A stretch of 64,000 nt of DNA from an uncultured Oscillospiraceae bacterium (lineage in GTDB: Bacteria > Bacillota > Clostridia > Oscillospirales > Oscillospiraceae). Shown here in pieces: positions 11,112 to 18,629 of the stretch. The stretch lies in assembly GCA_934655875.1 (NCBI GenBank), contig CAKUHB010000009.1, positions 1 through 64,000 of the forward strand, read 5' to 3'. The translations under genes and the position numbers were made by a program. The first letter of the stretch is position 1; each line of letters begins with the position of its first letter. The notes below the pieces were generated by a model that was not told the DNA's origin, did not search any database, and saw nothing but the letters and a program-made list of their open reading frames with translations.

Positions 11112-11759
11112 ATGGCTATCAATACGGAAAGTCTTACTGAACAGCTTGCGACGCTGATCCTGGAAATGATCATGCGCAGAGAGCTGGTCGCCGGTGAGCA
11201 GATCCCAACGAAAAAAATCGCAGAGGATAACAATGTCAGTGTGACGCCGGTCCGTCTCGCGCTGCGTGAGCTGGCAGACCGCAAGCTCGTTGTAAACAAA
11301 GCCCGTGTCGGATATTTTGTGGCGGAATATTCAACGGCCAAGCTGATCGCAATTTCCAACTGCCGCAAGATGTTTGAGCTTTACTGCATGGAGACGTATT
11401 TCGATTCTCTGGATCTTGACCGGCTGCACCGGCTCTATGACAGCATTGAGGAGAATTTTGCCGGTCATTTTGATGAGGTTCGTTACCAGAAGGACGATAT
11501 TGCGCTCCACGAGAGCTTTGTGCTCGCGTCCCACAATGAATTTATCATCACGCAGTATAGCCAGATCAAGGATCTGATCTCCCTGTTCGTGATTTACGAC
11601 AGCGATAACATGGCGCACAATCATCTTTCGCGCGCAGAGCATCTGCGCCTGCTCAACTATATTTTTGATAAGAAAAAAAATGCGGCAATTTTGGAGTTAA
11701 AGAACCATCTTGACCGCACTGACCGCACCTTGCTGGAACTGGATTCAAAAAAAACATAA
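11112..11759 (+). CDS. GntR-family transcriptional regulator (FadR/FCD subfamily)
   Basis: 215 aa with an N-terminal winged HTH (…IPTKKIAEDNNVSVTPVRLALRELADRKLV) and a C-terminal all-helical FCD-like domain. It is divergent from the catabolic operon. Confidence 0.85.
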   Translation: MAINTESLTEQLATLILEMIMRRELVAGEQIPTKKIAEDNNVSVTPVRLALRELADRKLVVNKARVGYFVAEYSTAKLIAISNCRKMFELYCMETYFDSLDLDRLHRLYDSIEENFAGHFDEVRYQKDDIALHESFVLASHNEFIITQYSQIKDLISLFVIYDSDNMAHNHLSRAEHLRLLNYIFDKKKNAAILELKNHLDRTDRTLLELDSKKT

Positions 11760-11798
11760 ATGCGTGCGCATTTCGTGCCAACTTGGAGCGCAGCTGCA

Positions 11799-11830
11799 AC
11801 CTCCGCATCGAAAGATGCGGAGGTTTTTTG
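11799..11830 (+). terminator. Rho-independent terminator after the gntR-family gene
   Basis: The hairpin acctccgcatc-gaaa-gatgcggaggt is followed by TTTTTT. Confidence 0.65.
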
Positions 11831-11944
11831 CATCTTCCCCCCTTTGACTGTATTATCTCCGCGGATGGTTTTTGTCAAAATAGCTATTTTTTCGGGGCGG
11901 AAATTTATGAAAATGACGATTTCTCTATTATATGTTTATCGGGC

Positions 11945-11973
11945 TTGCAATCAGAATACATTTGTATTACGAT
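11945..11973 (+). promoter_or_regulatory. Putative promoter of the RHH-TIR/RCC1 operon (-35 TTGCAA, 17-bp spacer, -10 TACGAT)
   Basis: This is the only reasonable sigma-A-like pair in the 11831-11996 region, followed by the RBS AAAGGAG at 11981-11987. Confidence 0.3.
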
Positions 11974-11996
11974 GGTAAATAAAGGAGTGATGCTGT

Positions 11997-12188
11997 TTGG
12001 TGGAACCGCGTTTGGAGATTCCGGCGAAGAAATACACCGGCGAATCCGCAGTGATTTCCATGCGATTGCCGCGGGATATGCTGCTGGAAATCGACACAAT
12101 CGCAGCCGATACGGGTCGGACAAGAAATGAAGTTTTAACACTCTGCATGGAGTTCGCATTGAACCATCTCGATAAGGAATCGAAATAA
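11997..12188 (+). CDS. Ribbon-helix-helix (CopG/Arc-like) DNA-binding protein, putative operon regulator
   Basis: 63 aa. The beta-strand ISMRLPRDML is followed by two helices (LEIDTIAADTGRTRNEVLTLCMEFAL). TTG or GTG start 10-13 nt after AAGGAG; the start codon is uncertain. Confidence 0.55.
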   Translation: MVEPRLEIPAKKYTGESAVISMRLPRDMLLEIDTIAADTGRTRNEVLTLCMEFALNHLDKESK

Positions 12189-12209
12189 GGCCGAAAGAGA
12201 GAGAACAGA

Positions 12210-15200
12210 ATGGCGATGATCAAGTGCAAGATGTGCGGCGGGGATTTAAACGTCGAAGAAAACAGCCAGATCGCAGTCTGCGAATACTGCGGGACGCAGC
12301 AGACCGTTCCGAAGCAGGATAACGAGAAGAAGCTGACGCTGTTTGCGCGTGCAAACCGGCTGCGCTTTGCCTGCGAATTTGATAAGGCGGCGGGCGTTTA
12401 TGAGTCCATCGTGGCGGAGTTCCCGGAGGAGGCGGAAGCCTATTGGGGGCTTGTGCTCTGCAAATACGGTATTGAATACGTTGACGATCCGGCGACGGGT
12501 AAAAAGGTTCCGACCTGCCACCGGTCGAGCTTTGACAGCGTTCTGGAGGACGCGAACTTTGAGCTGGTCATGGAATACGCCGACGTAGTCACGCGGAAGC
12601 TTTACCGCGAGGAAGCCAAGGCCATCGAGGAGCTGCGGCGCAGGATCATCGAGGTCTCCAGCCGTGAAGAGCCGTATGACATTTTCATCTGCTATAAAGA
12701 GACGGACGAAAACGGCCAGCGGACACTCGATTCCGTCCTGGCGCAGGATTTATATGACGCGCTGACGGAAAAGGGCTACCGGGTATTTTTCTCCCGCATT
12801 ACGCTGGAGGACAAGCTCGGGCAGGAATACGAGCCGTATATCTTCGCCGCGCTCAACTCCGCGCGCGTCATGCTGGCCGTCGGGACGGACTATGAGTATT
12901 TTAACGCCCCGTGGGTCAAGAACGAGTGGAGCCGGTATTTGCAGCGCATCGCCGCCGGGCAGAAGAAATCGCTCATCCCGTGCTATAAAAATATCGACGC
13001 CTACGACATGCCGAAGGAATTTGCAAAGCTGCAGGCACAGGATCTCGGCAAGGTCGGTGCAACGCAGGATCTACTGCGCGGGATCGACAAGCTGCTGGGG
13101 AAAACAAGCACTCCCGCGGTTCCGGTGCAGCCCGCTCCGATGCAGGCTGCTGCTGCGCCGAATGTTGATTCGCTTCTTCGCCGCGGCAATCTGTTTCTGG
13201 AGGACCGCGACTGGACGAACGCAAAAACCTACTTCGATAAGGTTCTGGATATCGTTCCGGAGTGCGGCGCGGCGTATCTGGGGAAATTTCTTGCTGCAAA
13301 GAAGGCAAAAACGGTCGCGTCGTTTGTCCGGCGCTATGTGGAAGACATTGCGGCCCATGCACCGGCGCGCACCCGGCAGGATGCCTGCAAGCCGGACGAG
13401 ACATTCATCGCTGCCTGTCTCAATAAGTATCAGGTGCCGGAATATCTGGACGCACGCGAAATCCGGTCTCTGCTGCGCTTCGATCTTACGTATCATGCCG
13501 GGCTTGCAGACTATTATCACGACTGCTTCCTGCGCGCGGCGCAGATGCTTGGCAGCGAAAAGGACTTTGTCCGTGCTGAAAAGTATGCTGACGCGGATGT
13601 GCAGACGCAATGCGAGCTGCTGCGCAGCAAAATCCTGAACGATCTTCATGCCCGGCAGCAGGCCGCGGAGCAGGAGGAAGCCGGCGAAAAGCAGCGCATC
13701 ACGGAAGCCTATCATACATTTTTAAAGGAAACCGAATCAACGCTCGCCGCACGGCAGAAGGAAGCGCTTGAAAAGAAGAAAGCGCATGACAAGCTCGCGG
13801 AACGGCTGCGGTTGGAACGGGAAAAGCACGAAAAAGCGGCAGCAATCGAGCGGGAAAAGCAGGAAAAGCTGAGAAAAATCGCCGAGCAGGAGGCAAAACA
13901 AAAGGCCGCAAAGGCCCGGAAGCTCACGATCATCGGCGGCACTGCGGCAGCTGTCATCCTCGCAGCCGTGTTGATCATTACAAAGGTCATGATTCCGTCG
14001 CAGAAATATGCCAACGCCGCAGCGCTGCTGGATGCCGGAAACTATGATGACGCCATTTCAGCCTTTGCCGCATTGGGCGAGTATAAGGATTCTGCTGCCA
14101 TGTGCAGCAGCGCCGCGCACGCAAAAGCCTATGCGGAAGCGGAAACACTGCTGGCCGCCGGAGATTATAAGGGCGCGAGCGCCGCATTCGCTGCATTGCA
14201 GGATTATAAGGACGCGGCAAGCCGCGCAGATGCCGCAAGAAGCCAGCAGCTTGAAGCGGAAAACGCACAGGCCTATGCAAATGCGGAAGCACTGCTGGAT
14301 GCCGGAAACTATGCTGCCGCTGCCAAGGCGTTCCAAGCACTCGGCGACTACAAGGACGCGGCAGAGCGTGCGCAGGACTGCCCGTACATAGAAGCCGAGC
14401 AGCTTCTGGCGCAGGGAAAAACCGCAGAAGCCTCCATTGCGTTTGGAAGAATTGCCGGATATAAGGATGCGCTGGAGCGGAGCTTTGCGCTGAGAGCTTC
14501 CAGCGATCCTACAATTATTGCGAAGGACGATCATATCGTTGCGCTGAAAGAGGACGGTACTGTAGTCGCCATCGGCAATAACGAGTATGGGCAATGCGAT
14601 GTTGCCGACTGGACGAATCTTGTGGCAATCGATGCAGGATTCCTCTATACGGTCGGCCTGAAAGCGGATGGGACTGTGCTTGCTGTGGGCTATAACGATG
14701 ATGGCCGATGCAATGTTTCCGATTGGACGGACATCACAGCGATCCGCGCCGGCAGCTATCACACGGTCGGCCTGAAAACAAATGGAACCGTCGTTGCTGT
14801 AGGAGACAACGACTTGGGTCAATGCGATGTTGCCGACTGGACAGATATTACTGCCATCAGTGCCAGAGAGCATCACACGGTCGGTCTCAAGGCAGATGGC
14901 ACGGTAGTCGCCGTGGGCTATAACAGGTTTGGCCAATGCGATGTTTCCGGCTGGACGGATATCGTGGCGATCAGCACGGGGTATAATCACACGGTCGGCC
15001 TGAAAGCAGACGGAACGGTGGTCGCCGCAGGAAATAACGAGGATGGACAATGCGATGTATCTGATTGGACAGATATTGTAGCAATCAAGGCAGCATACAA
15101 ACACACAGTCGGCTTGAAATCGGACGGAACCGTGGTCGCTGTTGGTTTTAATGAATATGGTCAGTGTGACGTTTCAGATTGGACAGATATGATAGCAATT

Positions 15201-15434
15201 GATGCAGCAACTTATCACACGGTTGGTCTGAAAGCGGATGGAACCGTCGTTGCCACAGGAAATAATGGCGATGGGCAATGCAATGTCTCCGATTGGACAG
15301 ATATCGTTGCGGTGAACGCTGGTGGGTGGAATACCGTCGGCCTGAAAGCAGACGGTACCGTGGTCGTTGTTGGCGGTAACGTCGATGACAAGTGCAATGC
15401 TTCCGGCTGGACGGATATCAGGCTCCCCAACTGA
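12210..15434 (+). CDS. Zinc-ribbon / TIR-domain / TPR / single-TM / RCC1-like beta-propeller protein, paralog 1
   Basis: 1074 aa with these regions: an N-terminal CxxC..CxxC ribbon (KCKMCGG…CEYCG); a TIR-like region (DIFICYKETD…GYRVFFSRITLED…APWVKNEWSRYL) carrying the W-x-x-N-E catalytic-Glu motif; TPR-like helices; an E/K/Q-rich coiled coil; a TM helix (LTIIGGTAAAVILAAVLIITKVMIP) with positive residues on its N side; four ~40-aa repeats (A.ALL.AG.Y..A..AF.ALG.YKDA); and about eight RCC1-like blades (HTVGLKADGTVVAVG.N..GQCDVSDWTDI). It ends in IRLPN. Confidence 0.85.
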   Translation: MAMIKCKMCGGDLNVEENSQIAVCEYCGTQQTVPKQDNEKKLTLFARANRLRFACEFDKAAGVYESIVAEFPEEAEAYWGLVLCKYGIEYVDDPATGKKVPTCHRSSFDSVLEDANFELVMEYADVVTRKLYREEAKAIEELRRRIIEVSSREEPYDIFICYKETDENGQRTLDSVLAQDLYDALTEKGYRVFFSRITLEDKLGQEYEPYIFAALNSARVMLAVGTDYEYFNAPWVKNEWSRYLQRIAAGQKKSLIPCYKNIDAYDMPKEFAKLQAQDLGKVGATQDLLRGIDKLLGKTSTPAVPVQPAPMQAAAAPNVDSLLRRGNLFLEDRDWTNAKTYFDKVLDIVPECGAAYLGKFLAAKKAKTVASFVRRYVEDIAAHAPARTRQDACKPDETFIAACLNKYQVPEYLDAREIRSLLRFDLTYHAGLADYYHDCFLRAAQMLGSEKDFVRAEKYADADVQTQCELLRSKILNDLHARQQAAEQEEAGEKQRITEAYHTFLKETESTLAARQKEALEKKKAHDKLAERLRLEREKHEKAAAIEREKQEKLRKIAEQEAKQKAAKARKLTIIGGTAAAVILAAVLIITKVMIPSQKYANAAALLDAGNYDDAISAFAALGEYKDSAAMCSSAAHAKAYAEAETLLAAGDYKGASAAFAALQDYKDAASRADAARSQQLEAENAQAYANAEALLDAGNYAAAAKAFQALGDYKDAAERAQDCPYIEAEQLLAQGKTAEASIAFGRIAGYKDALERSFALRASSDPTIIAKDDHIVALKEDGTVVAIGNNEYGQCDVADWTNLVAIDAGFLYTVGLKADGTVLAVGYNDDGRCNVSDWTDITAIRAGSYHTVGLKTNGTVVAVGDNDLGQCDVADWTDITAISAREHHTVGLKADGTVVAVGYNRFGQCDVSGWTDIVAISTGYNHTVGLKADGTVVAAGNNEDGQCDVSDWTDIVAIKAAYKHTVGLKSDGTVVAVGFNEYGQCDVSDWTDMIAIDAATYHTVGLKADGTVVATGNNGDGQCNVSDWTDIVAVNAGGWNTVGLKADGTVVVVGGNVDDKCNASGWTDIRLPN

Positions 15435-15455
15435 CGAAGAAAGAAGGACGAGAAG

Positions 15456-18400
15456 ATGGCAATTATTAAATGTAAGATGTGCGGCGGGGATATTGAGATC
15501 TCTGCGGACAAGACGTTTGGGACGTGCGAATACTGCGGCAGCACGATGACGCTGCCCAAAGTGGACGACGAGCAGCGGGCGGCGGCGTTTAACCGCGGCA
15601 ATCACTTTAGGCGCAGCGGCGAGTTTGACAAGGCGCTGGCCGTGTATGAGCGAATCGTTGCCGAGGACGACAACGACGCCGAAGCGCACTGGTGCTGCGC
15701 GCTGTGCCGGTTCGGCATTGAATATGTGGAGGATCCGGCGACGTATGAATGGCTGCCGACGTGCCACCGCGCGAGCTTCGACAGCTTCTTGGAGGACGTG
15801 GACTATCTGGCTGCGGTCGCGCATTCCGACGGCATCACCCGCCGCCAGTACCAGAAGGACGCAGCGAAAATCGCCGAGGTGCAGCGCGGGATTCTCGCCA
15901 CGTCGCAGAACGAGCAGCCGTTCGACGTCTTCCTCTGCTACAAGGAGACCGGCGAGGACGGCCAGCGCACGCGCGACAGCCTGATGGCGCAGGAGGTCTA
16001 TTACGAACTGACCGAGCAGGGCTACCGCGTATTCTTCGCGCGCATCACGCTGGAAGATAAAGCGGGCGCGGAATATGAACCGTATATCTTTGCGGCGCTG
16101 AACTCCGCGAAGGTCATGGTCGTGATCGGCACGAAGCCGGAGCATTTTAACGCCGTCTGGGTCAAGAACGAATGGAGCCGCTTCCTGTCCATGATGAAAA
16201 AGGATCGGAGCAAGCTGCTCCTGCCGTGCTACCGGGACATGGATCCGTATGACCTGCCGGAAGCACTGTCGGTGCTGCAAAGCTATGACATGAGCAAGAT
16301 CGGCTTCATGCAGGATCTGATCCGCGGCGTCAAAAAGGTGCTCGACGCGGGCAAACCGCAGGAGGCTGCGAAAGAAACGGTCAAGGAGACCGTCGTGGTA
16401 CATAACGAGGGCGGCAGCAACGTGCAGGCCCTGCTCAAGCGCGGCAACATGGCGCTGGAGGACGGCGAATGGAGCAAGGCAGACGAGTTCTTTGAGCAGG
16501 TACTCAATCAGGACGCGGAGTGCGGCGCGGCGTATCTGGGGAAGTTTTTGAGCAGCAGAAAAGCAAAAAGCGTGCAGGCGTATTTGCAGAGCTGTTGCAA
16601 AAGAATAGCAAGCAACGCGCCGACCGCACAAAAGAGCAGCGCCTGTGAGGAAGACAGCGCGTTTATCGATGCCTGCGTGAAAAAGTATCAGGTGCCGGAC
16701 TATTACACCCCGGAGGACATTCACAAGGCGCTTACCCATGACCGGCTCTACTGCGCGGATCGCGCGGCGTATTTCCGCGAAGCGCAGAAGGAGTTCAATC
16801 AAGCACTGAGCGCCGACCGGAACTTTGTCCGCGCGGAAAAATTCGCCGACAGCGAAACAAAAGCGCAGTGCGGCACACTGCGCAGCGAGACCATGACTCT
16901 CCTGCGTCAGCAGGAGCAGCAGGCAGAGCAGGAAGCGGCTGCGGAAAAGCAGCGCGTTACCGAGGCCTATCACGCGTTCTTGCGCGAGACTGAGCCAAAG
17001 CTGGCCGAGAAACAGAAGCAAGGTCTTGCGAAGCAGGAAGAGGATCAAAAACGCAAGGAGGAATTTGAACGCCTGCGCGCGGAACAGAAAAAGCGTGCAG
17101 AGGAAGCAGAGAAACTCGCCGCACAGGAAGCAGCGCTAAAGGCTGCAAAGGCAGCAAAGGCGAAAAAGCTTACGCTTATCTGTGCTGCGGTGGCTGCTGC
17201 TGTCATTGCGGTGGTGTTGATCGTCACTCAAGTCATCATCCCATCTGCAAACTATTCCAAGGCTGAGAAGCTGCTGACTGCTGGCGATTATGACAGCGCA
17301 ATCACGGCATTCGCAGCTCTAGGCAATTACAAGGACGCAGCGGAGAAGATTACGCAGGCAAAAGAGCAGAAAGAAAACGAGCGTCTTGCCAAAGAAGCAG
17401 CTGAGGAGGAAGCCAGAAACGCGCAGGCATATGCCGATGCAGAAGCGCTGCTGGCAAGCGGGGATTACGACGGTGCTATCGCTGCTTTTACAGATCTGGG
17501 CGAGTATCAGGATGCTGCCGACCGGGTAAAGGCCATAGAAGCACAGAAAGCCGAGGAAAAAGCCAAAAAGGTGGAAGCGAAAAATGCGCAGGCATATCAG
17601 GAAGCGGTTTCTCTGCTGGAAAGCGGTAATTATTCAAAAGCGTCTGACGCATTTGCTAAACTTGGCAGCTACAAAGATGCGGCTATTCGGCGGAAAGAGT
17701 GCCAGTATCAAATGGCCGACCAGCTTCAAAATGATGGCGATACTGCTGCCGCTGCGGTAACGTTTGGGAAAGCCTGTGGATTCAACGACGCAAAAGAGCG
17801 TAGTCTGGCACTCTGGAATGTCATTGCCAAAAGAGATGTTATTGCGGCAAGCTGGGGATACACCGTTGGAGTGAAAGCAGATGGGACAGTTGTTGCAACC
17901 GGTGAAAATGATGACGGGCAATGCAATGTATCCAAATGGAAAGATATTATCGCCGTAGCAGCTGGATACGGGCACACGGTCGGCTTGAAGGCAGATGGGA
18001 CCGTGGTCGCTACCGGAAATAATGATGATGGTCAATGCAACGTGTCCGGTTGGAGCAACATTGTCGCAGTTGCAGCAGGATCCAGCCACACAGTTGGTCT
18101 GAAAATTGACGGAACTGTTGTTACCGCTGGCAGCACCATATGCGGTGAATCTAATTGGAGCGATATTATTTCTATAGCAGCCAACACCATTGTGACAGTT
18201 GGTCTGAAAACAGACGGGACAGTAGTTGACAAACCTTCTTGGTATAGCATTACCGCAGTGGCAGCCGGCGGCGTACACACAGTTGGGCTTAAAATGGACG
18301 GAACAGTTATTGCCACTGGCAGCAACGACCATCGGCAATGCAACGTATCTGACTGGAATAATATTATCGCGGTGGCAGCAGGCACCGACCACACTGTTGC

Positions 18401-18608
18401 AGTGAAATCAAATGGCACTGTTGTTGCCGCCGGTGAGAACGAAGATGGTCAGTGCAATGTATCTGGTTGGAGTAGTATCATTGCCGTGGCAGCAGGGTTC
18501 GACCACACTGTTGGCTTGAAGTCAGACGGAACTGTCGTTGCGGCCGGTGATAATTATTACGGTCAATGCAACGTTTCCAACTGGAAGAACATCAAGCTCC
18601 CCAATTGA
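15456..18608 (+). CDS. Zinc-ribbon / TIR / TPR / TM / RCC1-like protein, paralog 2
   Basis: 1050 aa with the same architecture. TIR motifs FDVFLCYKETGEDGQRT…VWVKNEWSRFL. TM helix LTLICAAVAAAVIAVVLIVTQVII. The RCC1 blades run to the C-terminus, which ends NIKLPN. The 22-bp junction with paralog 1 (gaaagaaggacgagaagATGGCAATTAT) is near-identical to the next junction. Confidence 0.85.
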   Translation: MAIIKCKMCGGDIEISADKTFGTCEYCGSTMTLPKVDDEQRAAAFNRGNHFRRSGEFDKALAVYERIVAEDDNDAEAHWCCALCRFGIEYVEDPATYEWLPTCHRASFDSFLEDVDYLAAVAHSDGITRRQYQKDAAKIAEVQRGILATSQNEQPFDVFLCYKETGEDGQRTRDSLMAQEVYYELTEQGYRVFFARITLEDKAGAEYEPYIFAALNSAKVMVVIGTKPEHFNAVWVKNEWSRFLSMMKKDRSKLLLPCYRDMDPYDLPEALSVLQSYDMSKIGFMQDLIRGVKKVLDAGKPQEAAKETVKETVVVHNEGGSNVQALLKRGNMALEDGEWSKADEFFEQVLNQDAECGAAYLGKFLSSRKAKSVQAYLQSCCKRIASNAPTAQKSSACEEDSAFIDACVKKYQVPDYYTPEDIHKALTHDRLYCADRAAYFREAQKEFNQALSADRNFVRAEKFADSETKAQCGTLRSETMTLLRQQEQQAEQEAAAEKQRVTEAYHAFLRETEPKLAEKQKQGLAKQEEDQKRKEEFERLRAEQKKRAEEAEKLAAQEAALKAAKAAKAKKLTLICAAVAAAVIAVVLIVTQVIIPSANYSKAEKLLTAGDYDSAITAFAALGNYKDAAEKITQAKEQKENERLAKEAAEEEARNAQAYADAEALLASGDYDGAIAAFTDLGEYQDAADRVKAIEAQKAEEKAKKVEAKNAQAYQEAVSLLESGNYSKASDAFAKLGSYKDAAIRRKECQYQMADQLQNDGDTAAAAVTFGKACGFNDAKERSLALWNVIAKRDVIAASWGYTVGVKADGTVVATGENDDGQCNVSKWKDIIAVAAGYGHTVGLKADGTVVATGNNDDGQCNVSGWSNIVAVAAGSSHTVGLKIDGTVVTAGSTICGESNWSDIISIAANTIVTVGLKTDGTVVDKPSWYSITAVAAGGVHTVGLKMDGTVIATGSNDHRQCNVSDWNNIIAVAAGTDHTVAVKSNGTVVAAGENEDGQCNVSGWSSIIAVAAGFDHTVGLKSDGTVVAAGDNYYGQCNVSNWKNIKLPN

Positions 18609-18629
18609 TAGAGAAAGAAGGACGAGAAG

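Noticed and set aside
15420-15434. Sortase LPxTG sorting signal at the C-termini of the TIR/RCC1 paralogs
   Set aside because: The proteins end LPN(R) directly at the stop codon. There is no T-G, no hydrophobic segment and no positively charged tail after the motif.
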